DNA of 64,000 nt. Source: an uncultured virus (IMG/VR IMGVR_UViG_3300014050_000020). Its lineage: Duplodnaviria; Heunggongvirae; Uroviricota; Caudoviricetes. How positions within the stretch are numbered: position 1 is the first letter of the stretch; the number at the start of each line of letters is the position of its first letter. The notes under the pieces are model-generated. The model worked only from the letters and a program-made list of their open reading frames with translations. It had not been told where the DNA came from and did not search any database. Location: IMG/VR virus record IMGVR_UViG_3300014050_000020. One strand, given 5' to 3'. This document shows, one piece after another, positions 1-10,156 of the stretch. The position numbers and the translations under genes are program-made.

Positions 1-1
1 T

Positions 2-1072
2 TAGACCAGTGGCGCCTGTTGAACCCAATGGTCCGGCTGGTCCAATAGGTCCATCTTGTCCGGTAGCACCAGTGGCGCCTTGAGGTCCAGCTGGTCCAAC
101 AGGTCCAAGTAATCCAGTGGCGCCTTGATCTCCTCTTGGACCTACTGGTCCTATCTGGCCAGTGGCGCCTGTGTCACCTTGGGGTCCTTGGGCGCCCTGA
201 GATCCGCTAGGGCCTGTGGGTCCAGCAGCGCCAGCCGGACCAGTTAGACCAGTCGCTCCAAGAGATCCTGTTGCACCAACGGGACCGCTGGCCCCGGTTC
301 TTCCAGTGGCCCCAATTGATCCAGTGGCCCCGGTCAATCCCTGGGCACCTGTAGCTCCCTGGTTGACATATGGTGACCCATTGGCAAAATAATATCTATC
401 AGTGTATATTGAATTGGCAAATACATTACCCGAAACACCTATACCGCCAGAAACAACAATGGCACCGCTGTTTTTACTAGTGCTGGCTGCATTACCAAGA
501 ATTATAAGGTTACCGCTTTCGATAGTGCCGGGAGTTCCTGTTACCTGACCCGAAGATACTGTAGAGTCGGTGAGAAATTGTAGTTTTCCAGTGGAATTAT
601 CCCAACCAAGAAAGGCCTTTTTAGCTGATCCGGATTTGTAATAATTGATAATCAGACCGAGATCTTGCCCATCATCGGTTATAAGTGGAGAACCATTGGC
701 ACCGGTATGTATGTTAAACAGTGCATCTGACACCGAAGTATTAACAGAATTTACTGTGGTGGCACTCCCAGGCAAGGTAATATTACCAGTTACAGTAAGA
801 TTGACTGCTACCAAGGCCTGTTGAGTTCCAATCTGAGTTACATAAGGTTGGCTGGCAGTTAATATGGTGCCTGTGATATTGGTAGCATTTATACCACTGG
901 CATATAGATTGCCAGTGATCCCCACACCACCCTGTACTTGTAGTGCACCGGTAGTGGTGCTTATAGACACAGCGTTACCAGTTATGGTCAACGGTGTACC
1001 TAATACTGTGCTGGCTATATTACTTTGAGCAAAAGCATCCAGTACTAAAGATTGCCTTAGGTACTTAATCAT
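2..1072 (-). CDS. Collagen-like (Gly-X-Y) tail fibre/whisker protein, 3' end runs off the window
   Basis: Absent from the ORF track. Manual translation from ATG at 1072 gives [21 protein letters not shown]...[19 protein letters not shown]; positions ~360 to 2 read as continuous G-X-Y (e.g. [20 protein letters not shown]). Confidence 0.85.
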   Translation of the reverse strand, partial: MIKYLRQSLVLDAFAQSNIASTVLGTPLTITGNAVSISTTTGALQVQGGVGITGNLYASGINATNITGTILTASQPYVTQIGTQQALVAVNLTVTGNITLPGSATTVNSVNTSVSDALFNIHTGANGSPLITDDGQDLGLIINYYKSGSAKKAFLGWDNSTGKLQFLTDSTVSSGQVTGTPGTIESGNLIILGNAASTSKNSGAIVVSGGIGVSGNVFANSIYTDRYYFANGSPYVNQGATGAQGLTGATGSIGATGRTGASGPVGATGSLGATGLTGPAGAAGPTGPSGSQGAQGPQGDTGATGQIGPVGPRGDQGATGLLGPVGPAGPQGATGATGQDGPIGPAGPLGSTGATGL

Positions 1073-1078
1073 TTTTTA

Positions 1079-1435
1079 TCAGCTCATTACCTCATAAGAA
1101 ACCAAATATCTTAAAACTCCGTCTGAGCTGGCGGTCAATCTTAGACTGTCTCCTTCTTCTAAATAGATTCCGGTGTCTTTACCAATTGCAACAAAAGTTG
1201 TACTAATTGGTATTTTTACATTATAGTGAAAGGGGTAAGAATTACCTGCTCTATTTAAAATTACTGTACAGAAAGCGTCGGCACTAACAACATTGGCAAT
1301 GTACAGTACATTTAATCTTATTACCTGTGAACTATCTACTTCGTTGACAAGTACATTAGCACCAGCGGCAGTAATAAATTCTGTATTGGTTTTTCCTATA
1401 ATACTAGTTGTGCTAATCAGATTTGGTGCTACCAT
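1079..1435 (-). CDS. Small beta-rich virion protein (probable paralogue of 14906-15226)
   Basis: 118-aa ORF with AGAGAG RBS-like sequence and an upstream TAAATA; motifs LYIANV...IP...IYLEEGDSLR. Confidence 0.65.
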   Translation of the reverse strand: MVAPNLISTTSIIGKTNTEFITAAGANVLVNEVDSSQVIRLNVLYIANVVSADAFCTVILNRAGNSYPFHYNVKIPISTTFVAIGKDTGIYLEEGDSLRLTASSDGVLRYLVSYEVMS

Positions 1436-1491
1436 TATACACTCTCTTTCAGATATTCAATAATATATTTATTTTACTAGTCAAGCGGCAA

Positions 1492-2934
1492 TCAACAAGC
1501 GGGAATTATTACAGTGTTACTCTGCAAATTTCCTCGAGACCCAACTTTAGAATAGGCGACATTTTGTGGAATAAACAAGGTATAATTGGGTCTACCACTT
1601 GATTCCCAAAAAACTCTTGTTACCTCAATAACAAAAGATCTTGGTCCTCCGGTGATTGTCATTACATTAAGACCCGAGGTTGTCCAACTAAAATTCCAAG
1701 GGTTGACATCTTCGCTGAATGTGGCAGTTAATCTTGATCTAGTGGTTGAATTGGATATATTAATACAGGTACCAGACAGTACAACTGTGGGTCTTGGACT
1801 TAAAGTTGTAGTAGTTGTAGTAGTAGTTGTAACGCCCGGTATGGTAGTGGTGGTAGTTACAATGATCGGAGTAATAGTGGTAGTAGTAGTAGTGGTAGTT
1901 GGACGAGGAGTATCTTGAATATAGGCGTTTGCTGTAACACTAGGAAATTTAACCAGTGTCATTGTAAGTTTTTCAATTGGTGCTTCGATTGACTTATCAT
2001 CCACTGTGTTATATAAGACGGTTGCCGAGTTATTTTGTGTGATAAAATTACCAGTCAATAACTGCCCTCCAAAATCTGAGGTCGTTATTCCTGAGCCAGT
2101 AATAGAATACGCTACATTTATACCATCGCCCACTGGTCGAGTGGCTGTAAGAGTAAATGTTATGGTATTGCCTTCAATTGAAAGGTTTGGACTGGCATTA
2201 AGTTGCCAGAGCGGAGATTCATTGACGACCCTGATATGTACGCATTCAGGAATGCCAATTTGTCCGTGCACAGTCATTATTGTGTAGCTAAAAACATCGT
2301 CGCCAATAAAATCTTTGTTGGGCACATATAAGATATTTTCTCTATTTTTTGTTAATCTAGCATACCCATTCAAAGGTTGTTTAATTATAACAGGCTCAGC
2401 ATAAATAGGATCTCCCACTCTATAAAAAATTTCAGTATTGATAAGTTTATACGGATTTACCACGTTACCGCTGAACTTATTAGAAGTATTGCCGGAAGCC
2501 CATCTGGCTGGATTAAACTTTTGTTGATAATAATTCCAACTTTGAACGTTTTCAATATCTATTATCAGACCTTCTTTTATTTTTTCGGCCAATGGTTCAA
2601 TTTCACGGTCGGAAATCACAGTGACATCTCCGAATATAGGTTGAGAAAAAACCACTGTACCATCAGGCAAAAAATTATATTCTTCGTTGGGTATGCCCGA
2701 TGTATTGGCAGTGGGATATTTAGAATTAATTATTCTGTTGCCATTTAGATAAATTTCTACCCATTTGTGAACCAATGGTTTAAAACTAAGTGGCAGTATC
2801 GATTGGTTAAATAAAGTGGTAGTTTGTACATCGGCATTTCTAGTCAGCGCCGGATTGGTATTTTTTTTAGGTATAAAATAACTTAACTCATAGGTCCGAG
2901 GAACTATCACATGGTGTGCTGGTATCCTTATCAA
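1492..2934 (-). CDS. Virion accessory protein with Ig-like/Calx-beta-like domains and a Thr-rich linker
   Basis: YVPNKDFIGDDVFSYTI is a bacterial Ig-like pattern; EGNTITF...VAYSITG...SDF...DDKSIE is Calx-beta-like; poly-Thr tract near the C-terminus. Confidence 0.65.
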   Translation of the reverse strand: MIRIPAHHVIVPRTYELSYFIPKKNTNPALTRNADVQTTTLFNQSILPLSFKPLVHKWVEIYLNGNRIINSKYPTANTSGIPNEEYNFLPDGTVVFSQPIFGDVTVISDREIEPLAEKIKEGLIIDIENVQSWNYYQQKFNPARWASGNTSNKFSGNVVNPYKLINTEIFYRVGDPIYAEPVIIKQPLNGYARLTKNRENILYVPNKDFIGDDVFSYTIMTVHGQIGIPECVHIRVVNESPLWQLNASPNLSIEGNTITFTLTATRPVGDGINVAYSITGSGITTSDFGGQLLTGNFITQNNSATVLYNTVDDKSIEAPIEKLTMTLVKFPSVTANAYIQDTPRPTTTTTTTTITPIIVTTTTTIPGVTTTTTTTTTLSPRPTVVLSGTCINISNSTTRSRLTATFSEDVNPWNFSWTTSGLNVMTITGGPRSFVIEVTRVFWESSGRPNYTLFIPQNVAYSKVGSRGNLQSNTVIIPAC

Positions 2935-2935
2935 T

Positions 2936-5900
2936 TTAGCCTCCCTTTATTAGCCAAGAAACCGGAAAGATAAGACCTTTTCTAGGCACGCATACTTTAT
3001 AAGTGTCAAAAAATATTCTATAATTCCAATAATCGGTGCCAACAATCTGTATGGCACCAGCTGAAACATATTTAACAGCCATTGCATCTGCCGACGATTG
3101 ATCTAAGAAACCATTGGGATCAAGGTTATAGGATTTTTGATAAAACACAAAAGGTCCTCTCCAGGGCGGTACTCCTTTGTGTAGTCCCATGTCTCCCCCT
3201 CGACCATTATCAGCATAAACGCCGATATTAGCAGAAATCGCGCCCAAATTGGGATTAAGATCCTGGTCCCATAATATGTCGACATAGAGTTCCGACTGGG
3301 GCTTAATAGGTATTTCGTTGACCATTTTTTGCCAATTTGCACTAATTTTTATACCCAATCCATTGAATAAATTTAAATATTCTTTGTTGAAAAAGTGGTA
3401 GACTAAATCATTTTCTAATTTAGTGGCCTGAAACTGTTGAGCGATCTCAGTTGAGATATCATCAACTAAAAAGTCTATGGATAGTGTCAAATAGTCAGCA
3501 GGCAGTACAGTAGTACCAAAATTATATGGTATATCGGTGGCGTCGGGCAAGAATACAAATTCAGTATTGACTAAAAATATATTACTTTGAACAGTTGTAG
3601 AGTCAAATTTGGTATCGAATTGATTGACCTGTTTGTTATTCAAAAAAACAGTCTGAACAAAAAATTCTGTCAATTTGATGTTTGAATCGAATTGTGTCGA
3701 ACGAATAAACTGATTAACTTCTTTTAGCAGATTAAAATCAACATTATTTTGGGTTTGGCTCACAAAACCCAACAGGTCAAATATGGTATTGCGATCAAAT
3801 TGATTGGCGTCACCAATGAAATTAAACTCGGTGTCATGATTGCTACTGGTCACTGATTTTTGATTGTCAAATAACGTAATAGAATTGTTTTCTGTGGAAG
3901 ACAATTCTAAATCAAAGTAATTGGTTGGAATAATCGCCGTTGACACCGGAATTTCAAATTGCCACTGGGTTGTATTGTTAACTATTTCGGTACCATATGC
4001 CAGCGTGTTAATTACTGTTTTGGTTCCAAGTTCGGTTACCATAAAAAAACTATTAAATCTTGTCTGAGTATAGAGCATTGTGTCTAGATAAGTGTTAAAT
4101 CTAGCAGAGGCAGCGTTGGAACGGATGCTTTCTAAAATTTTATTGATAGTTGACACTGCGCCGGCCGACAACAATGAAGTAATTGCAGACTCTACATGTA
4201 TAAAATTTTTGTTACTAAAAAAACTAGGCATAGACAAAATATTGCCGACTCTTGATGCCTGTGTTTTAATATGGTCGTTGGTAACAGGATTATATATCAA
4301 TTGTGTGTTTATATTAGAATCTGTAGAGGATTGATTTTTCCCTACAGATATATTGCTAATTATAAAACTAGCAGGCACATATACCTCTGGCGACGCGGAT
4401 TTTTCAAGAGCATTATAAGTTTGATACCTCAGTGCAGTCATTTCTTTATAAATAGGATCAGGTGAGACAAATTTTATTCCACCGGTCAGACTGTAATTGT
4501 TTACATTGGAATGACCGATTGGAATATAGACATTGCTGGAGTCCCAGGGATCAATTTTTACTTGATATATAATAATATTGCTAATAAAATAATTAGGCAA
4601 TAATATTTCCAAGGCAACTACACTTGTGTTGTTGATACTGCTGATATAATTACCAACTTGAACACCATTTCGTAAAAAGGTAACCCCCGGTGTCTCCACC
4701 AGTAAACCGCTGATCAGTGATCCTGTGTTTGATACTAATCTTAAGGAATTGGATCTATAAGCAATAGAGTCCATGCCATTGATGTCATATTGATAGTATC
4801 TGACATAGGGATTTTCCAGCGTTCTATAATATAAGTAGCTGAACACAGGGCCCGAACTGGTTCTCAATGCCAATCTATAAAATTTTGGTCCAACTAGAAC
4901 TACATCTCTCATATCATATAACCTTGAACTGGTCAATTGATTTGAAACTCTGACCAGATCGCCTGCCAGCAATTGTTCGTAGCCCGAAATCCAAGGACTA
5001 GTATTGCCATTTCTTATTATATCAAAACTAAGATCTACTCCAGTACCTAACACAACACTCTGATAATACAATGGCAGCTGGTACTGGCCGCTTTGATTAA
5101 TGGCTATGTTACTGGTTATATATTCATTATAGGGTTGATTTTCGTATATGGTGTTAGACACAGGATATTTAGACTCTTCCGATTCTACAATGGCAGGAAA
5201 AGCAAATTGAAAATCGCCCACGCTCACCAATGGAGCAAAAGGTAATTTATTTTTTGCCACTGGCAAAATCATACTTACAATATCATCTGAAACAACTGTC
5301 AGATTTCCGTCATAAAATCCATCATTGAGTCTCAGTTCGCCATAATCCAAAGAAATTCGTGCGAGACCAACTGTTATTTTTTGTCTAAGTTGAAATTCGT
5401 ATTTGATTTCTGTGCCGGAGTCTGATGTTACTCTTTTTATGTCTACGTATCTGGGCTGAAAACCTTGGTTGACCCTAACAAAACTGCCTTTACCCACATA
5501 CTTAAAATCACCGTCATAGGTTTCGCTACCAAAAACATAACTGCTGTTGGGACTGGCATTAATAGAAGTTGAAGCTATGGCACTGTTGGCCAGTGAGATA
5601 CCAATCTGATTTGAAAATTTATGATTTTGATTATCATAAAAAATTTCCAAATATTGAAATCTTTTTCCAGTATAAAACCCCACTTCATAGGTATAGGCAG
5701 GTGCCAACGTGTTTGATTTAAACAATAGATTTGAACCTGCAGGTATACTAACATTGCCGCTGACCACTGCAAAATTGCCAGAAAAATTTATGGTGTAAAA
5801 TACACTGGAATTAAGTACAGTACCATTTATTAAATTTACACGGTTGTATTGATAGAAAAGAGGGTTTGGCCCTGACGGATAACTCTTTCCAAAGTCTATT

Positions 5901-8900
5901 TCTGTTTTACTAAAATAAATTGGATCAGATGCTGTTTGATTTATATTATTATTGGCTTTAACAAAATAAAGTTGGTTGACAGAACTATTGGCAAAAGCAA
6001 TGACTGGGGCAATTACACTCACTGGCCCAGGATCGTAGATACTGATGTTGACAGATAGAGTCAATCCTGATTCAGGCACTACACTAAAACTAAAAGTTTC
6101 AACACCTTCATTGCCTGTGAAATCACTGCTGATTGGCACACTGAGATTTGCATAATTACCATTTACAGTCATTGTCCCTGACAGAGGAATGTCAAAATCC
6201 GTGCTGGTTACATTTGCTGAGGTTGATGTTATTGAATAATTGATCGTATTACCATTCTGCAATGGAATGTTAAGTGCATATAGGCTAAAGTCAACATTTG
6301 CCCCTTCTACAATCTCAGAAGGAAATCCAGTCAATCTAAATCTTTGATATTCAGTAGAGAATCCAATGACTTTGGTAGGAACCGTTACTCCTGACCCATT
6401 GAGTGTTTGATTGATCATCGGTCTGGTATAATCGGTGGCAGACACCTGTATGTAATTTGAATTTACCGTAGTGACGGGAATGATGGAATCAACAGATACA
6501 GTAATCGACTGGGCCCTTGATCTGCTGTTTGATCTAAGAAATGTCCATTCTGTGGTCACATCAGGATGAATATTACCGTCAACCACAATAATATTTCCGC
6601 TATTAGACAAAACAATGTTTCCTGCAATTGACCGGTAGGCTGTGTTTGACACGTAGCCCAAAACAGCGGTACTTAAATACACAGTTGTGTATTTAGGAAC
6701 AACAATAGGCTGAGTGATAAGAATGAATTCGTCAGTGGCATCGGAAAAATACATTTCAGCATTTTGATTAAAAGCATATTTGCTTAAAACTTTGTTACTA
6801 ACTGTTATACCGTTACCACTTATGTAATCATTGGCCTGAAAATTTATCAGATCCGGCACCGGAATCTGTGCCCAATTGCTGGTAGACACCGATGTAGTTG
6901 TGATGGTATTACCAAAAGGGTATGAATCAATTGAAGTACCTACCCAACGTATTCTATAAGATTTAAACTCGCCCAACTGTTTTTGCTGATAATATACGCC
7001 GGGAGTTTCATAAGTTTCTAGAAAACCAGTGGTGATGTTCAGTGGATCAACATTGTTGATAGGTAAACCTTGGTATAAATTTTTTGGTTCTATGTATACA
7101 GCATTTACGCCCAATGATCCAAAAATAGGATTATTTTCTATTAAATTATTGCTGTCAAATGCAATGTAGCCATTGGTAGTAACATAAATTTGCGAGTATA
7201 AATTACCAAAAATATTAAAATTAAATCCCAAATCAATTGGACCTGTGAAGCCTACGTCCCCGTCGCCGGAATCTAGTCCAGGAAAAGTGCCAAACCCGGT
7301 GGTAATTCTGTTTATGGCTGTGGTCTTGCCAAGATAGTAGTCGGTCACTTTTGAAGTAGATATCACTTCAATGTCATAATCATAAGCGGTATCGCCAAGT
7401 ACTACTGTGGATCTGAAAATACCTTCGGTTATTGCTCGATAACTTATACCCACATAATCCCCAGAATTGCAACCCAATCCATTGACTCCTAATCTACCAT
7501 TGACATAGTAAGTTATACCCGGTCCGGCCACAGGAACTAGACCTTGTTGGCCTAACATTTTGACTTGAACGGGGCTAGTACCAATTTGAGAAAGTGGGCC
7601 TTTTCTCGATTCAAAATTTACAGGGATCGTTTTGTATATTCCGGCCAAATCCAATGTGACAAAATCTTTTAGATAGTGATTGGCCAAAATAGTATTGCCT
7701 ACTACACTGACTAAGGTGACCTTTTCATTAAATTGATAGACCACATAATTATTGGCATCGATAAATCCAAGTACTTGAATAGAATCATGACCAGTGACCC
7801 AGAGCTTGTCATTAAAAATTTCGCAGTAGGCAGGCACAAATTCAGGCGTAGAAATCAAATTGACTAGACTAAGAGTTCCGGATATTTCTTGATAGATTCT
7901 AATTCTTTTTTGGTTTCCCTCAGGAACTGCCACGGAATAACTGCCCGATGCCAAGGTACAAGGTGATCCTAGTGCACTAGATTGATATACCTCAATCACT
8001 GCACCTGAAGTTTTGATATGAAATAATTTATGAGATTTAGTTACTACTACTGCATTCAAACCCACGCAGGCCAGATTTAATATAATTTCTCCCGAGGGAA
8101 TCGTATAGGTGGCCAAAGTTAAAAAATTCAGTGTCAGAGTATAGACAGTGTCGGATCCTGCTAACCAAATTATATTACCACCAACATCAAATGACGTAAC
8201 TACCGGAAATAGTTGTGCTGTTAATTTAGATTTGGCCAAATCTAAAAAACTTCCTAGTCCTGGTATATCTTCTTGAAATGCCAGATCGTCTAGACCAAAC
8301 GATGTTGTAACAGCAGGCTTATATTCCTCGCTGCCCGACGATTGATTTAAATAATTTATTCTATATAATTTTCCATCACTGCACAAAACCAAAAGGTCCT
8401 GTGCGTAGATTGCATTAGAACCAACTGTGCTGGGAATTTTTTTGTAGTCAATTGGAGCAGCTGGTAAAAAAACTCTACTAACAACATGTTGTTGTGTGGA
8501 ATAAAAAACCACAGAATTTTGTGTAGCATCTAATACAATGTGTGTCTGATTAATACTAATCAAACTTCGATTATTTCCTACCAGGTTGATCAAATCTGGT
8601 CGATTATACCAACTTACAACAAATGATTTAGGAAGATAATTGAACCATCTTTTACGAGCATCAACTGGTTTGATAGTAGGATTATAATTATTTTTATTGA
8701 CTACAGCGAAACACTGTGGTTTTTTATTTAAAATATAGGGGTAAAATTGATAGTTAAGATAACCCAATGGAGTGGTAATCACGGCCTCAACTGTATCGCC
8801 GGGCAACAACGGAATTGGTCTACGATTATCAACAATACCGTTTAGGTTAATTGTTACATTAGACCAGATATTTAATTCTTGTACTGCTGTAGAAACAAAT

Positions 8901-8950
8901 TCAGTGGCGACAACACTACCCGGGATGCAGGCCGATACGCTGCGGAACAT
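2936..8950 (-). CDS. Large (2004 aa) virion structural/adhesion protein
   Basis: Long ORF with a NIDO-like motif (PIDLGFNFNIFGNLYSQIYVTTNGYIAF), a Calx-beta-like segment (EG...NYSI...TDF...EGVETF) and a repetitive C-terminus. Confidence 0.65.
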   Translation of the reverse strand: MFRSVSACIPGSVVATEFVSTAVQELNIWSNVTINLNGIVDNRRPIPLLPGDTVEAVITTPLGYLNYQFYPYILNKKPQCFAVVNKNNYNPTIKPVDARKRWFNYLPKSFVVSWYNRPDLINLVGNNRSLISINQTHIVLDATQNSVVFYSTQQHVVSRVFLPAAPIDYKKIPSTVGSNAIYAQDLLVLCSDGKLYRINYLNQSSGSEEYKPAVTTSFGLDDLAFQEDIPGLGSFLDLAKSKLTAQLFPVVTSFDVGGNIIWLAGSDTVYTLTLNFLTLATYTIPSGEIILNLACVGLNAVVVTKSHKLFHIKTSGAVIEVYQSSALGSPCTLASGSYSVAVPEGNQKRIRIYQEISGTLSLVNLISTPEFVPAYCEIFNDKLWVTGHDSIQVLGFIDANNYVVYQFNEKVTLVSVVGNTILANHYLKDFVTLDLAGIYKTIPVNFESRKGPLSQIGTSPVQVKMLGQQGLVPVAGPGITYYVNGRLGVNGLGCNSGDYVGISYRAITEGIFRSTVVLGDTAYDYDIEVISTSKVTDYYLGKTTAINRITTGFGTFPGLDSGDGDVGFTGPIDLGFNFNIFGNLYSQIYVTTNGYIAFDSNNLIENNPIFGSLGVNAVYIEPKNLYQGLPINNVDPLNITTGFLETYETPGVYYQQKQLGEFKSYRIRWVGTSIDSYPFGNTITTTSVSTSNWAQIPVPDLINFQANDYISGNGITVSNKVLSKYAFNQNAEMYFSDATDEFILITQPIVVPKYTTVYLSTAVLGYVSNTAYRSIAGNIVLSNSGNIIVVDGNIHPDVTTEWTFLRSNSRSRAQSITVSVDSIIPVTTVNSNYIQVSATDYTRPMINQTLNGSGVTVPTKVIGFSTEYQRFRLTGFPSEIVEGANVDFSLYALNIPLQNGNTINYSITSTSANVTSTDFDIPLSGTMTVNGNYANLSVPISSDFTGNEGVETFSFSVVPESGLTLSVNISIYDPGPVSVIAPVIAFANSSVNQLYFVKANNNINQTASDPIYFSKTEIDFGKSYPSGPNPLFYQYNRVNLINGTVLNSSVFYTINFSGNFAVVSGNVSIPAGSNLLFKSNTLAPAYTYEVGFYTGKRFQYLEIFYDNQNHKFSNQIGISLANSAIASTSINASPNSSYVFGSETYDGDFKYVGKGSFVRVNQGFQPRYVDIKRVTSDSGTEIKYEFQLRQKITVGLARISLDYGELRLNDGFYDGNLTVVSDDIVSMILPVAKNKLPFAPLVSVGDFQFAFPAIVESEESKYPVSNTIYENQPYNEYITSNIAINQSGQYQLPLYYQSVVLGTGVDLSFDIIRNGNTSPWISGYEQLLAGDLVRVSNQLTSSRLYDMRDVVLVGPKFYRLALRTSSGPVFSYLYYRTLENPYVRYYQYDINGMDSIAYRSNSLRLVSNTGSLISGLLVETPGVTFLRNGVQVGNYISSINNTSVVALEILLPNYFISNIIIYQVKIDPWDSSNVYIPIGHSNVNNYSLTGGIKFVSPDPIYKEMTALRYQTYNALEKSASPEVYVPASFIISNISVGKNQSSTDSNINTQLIYNPVTNDHIKTQASRVGNILSMPSFFSNKNFIHVESAITSLLSAGAVSTINKILESIRSNAASARFNTYLDTMLYTQTRFNSFFMVTELGTKTVINTLAYGTEIVNNTTQWQFEIPVSTAIIPTNYFDLELSSTENNSITLFDNQKSVTSSNHDTEFNFIGDANQFDRNTIFDLLGFVSQTQNNVDFNLLKEVNQFIRSTQFDSNIKLTEFFVQTVFLNNKQVNQFDTKFDSTTVQSNIFLVNTEFVFLPDATDIPYNFGTTVLPADYLTLSIDFLVDDISTEIAQQFQATKLENDLVYHFFNKEYLNLFNGLGIKISANWQKMVNEIPIKPQSELYVDILWDQDLNPNLGAISANIGVYADNGRGGDMGLHKGVPPWRGPFVFYQKSYNLDPNGFLDQSSADAMAVKYVSAGAIQIVGTDYWNYRIFFDTYKVCVPRKGLIFPVSWLIKGG

Positions 8951-9036
8951 TGTGCACCCCTTTTAGACTATGATACAATCTTCATTGTACAATTTATTCC
9001 CACTGACCATCGGTTATGGTATAATATCAACAATGA

Positions 9037-10140
9037 CTAGATATGACTGTTTTCCACTGCTGCATTGGCCGCAGTCAATACCATTAATCTCATTCCTTTA
9101 CCATATGCTTGGTTAGCATACAAAGCAGTATAAGTTCTCGGTTGTGCTTCGTTATAGACTGTGACATTAATACTAGTTCCAGGACCAATAACTTCGGCAC
9201 CAACAGTACCTATCATATCTAATTCGTCGCTGTATCTGTACCGAGGAGTACTCAAATTGTTAATAAAGGTTACAATAAATTCTCCGGTCTCAGTCAAAGA
9301 TTGCTGTTCAAATGGATTTAACAGTGCCGAGCTGTCTGTGCTTGAAGCAATGGCAAATTTTTTACGGCTTGGGCTAAAAACGTCGTTTTCTCTCACAATA
9401 AATTTATAATATTGGTCTGGGAGGCTAGTGCCTCCCAGACAATAGACAGGACACCTACTGATTTCGGTAGTGGGATCACTATTTCCTCGCATGGCGGCGC
9501 CCCCTCGAACATGCCCAGTCACTCTGTCCACACTGCGCTGAATTAAGAAAAATCTAAATGGACTATTTCCGTGTCCGGATGGGTCAGGCGTATCACTTGG
9601 AATTTCTTCTTGGCTATCTTCCCAGACTGCAAGAAACATGCCTCTATTGGTCAATGTTAATGTATAACTCATGGGATAGGCGCCCTCGGATCCCACGCTC
9701 GGAGTCCTGTCTAACCAAATTTGTTTAGGGTCTGTGCCCGGAGCTCCACCGGACCAGTTAGAAGATAAATTTCCTGGAGGTTCAACTGGAGTGGGGCTAG
9801 TAGGAGATCGGTTATTTAAATAAGCAATAGTACCGGAATCCGGAAACTGAAAAATAGTACCTACGTGTACCCCCAATCTATTGGGATCTATTAGGTTAAA
9901 ACATAATCTCCAAGCACAATTGATAGTATTGCCCGACGGAATATAATTGGCCATTGGATCTATATCTGTTTTGCTCTGATAGATAAATCTCCCTGATGTA
10001 CTAGTGCTAGTTGGAGCAACTGAAGTACGATGCTCTAAATAAATGTTTCCGCTATGAGCACTAGTTAATTCAGAATGCAAATCTGCTAGTAGATTACCAA
10101 CTGTTAAAAATCCGTTTTTAGTAACTGAGTAGACCGCCAT
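9037..10140 (-). CDS. Virion structural protein, paralogue of the C-terminal half of 10157-12340
   Basis: AGGAG RBS; shares LTNRG, FLIQR, YKFIVRE and PRYRYSDELDMIG motifs with its neighbour. Confidence 0.7.
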   Translation of the reverse strand: MAVYSVTKNGFLTVGNLLADLHSELTSAHSGNIYLEHRTSVAPTSTSTSGRFIYQSKTDIDPMANYIPSGNTINCAWRLCFNLIDPNRLGVHVGTIFQFPDSGTIAYLNNRSPTSPTPVEPPGNLSSNWSGGAPGTDPKQIWLDRTPSVGSEGAYPMSYTLTLTNRGMFLAVWEDSQEEIPSDTPDPSGHGNSPFRFFLIQRSVDRVTGHVRGGAAMRGNSDPTTEISRCPVYCLGGTSLPDQYYKFIVRENDVFSPSRKKFAIASSTDSSALLNPFEQQSLTETGEFIVTFINNLSTPRYRYSDELDMIGTVGAEVIGPGTSINVTVYNEAQPRTYTALYANQAYGKGMRLMVLTAANAAVENSHI

Positions 10141-10156
10141 TTATTAATCTCCTAAT

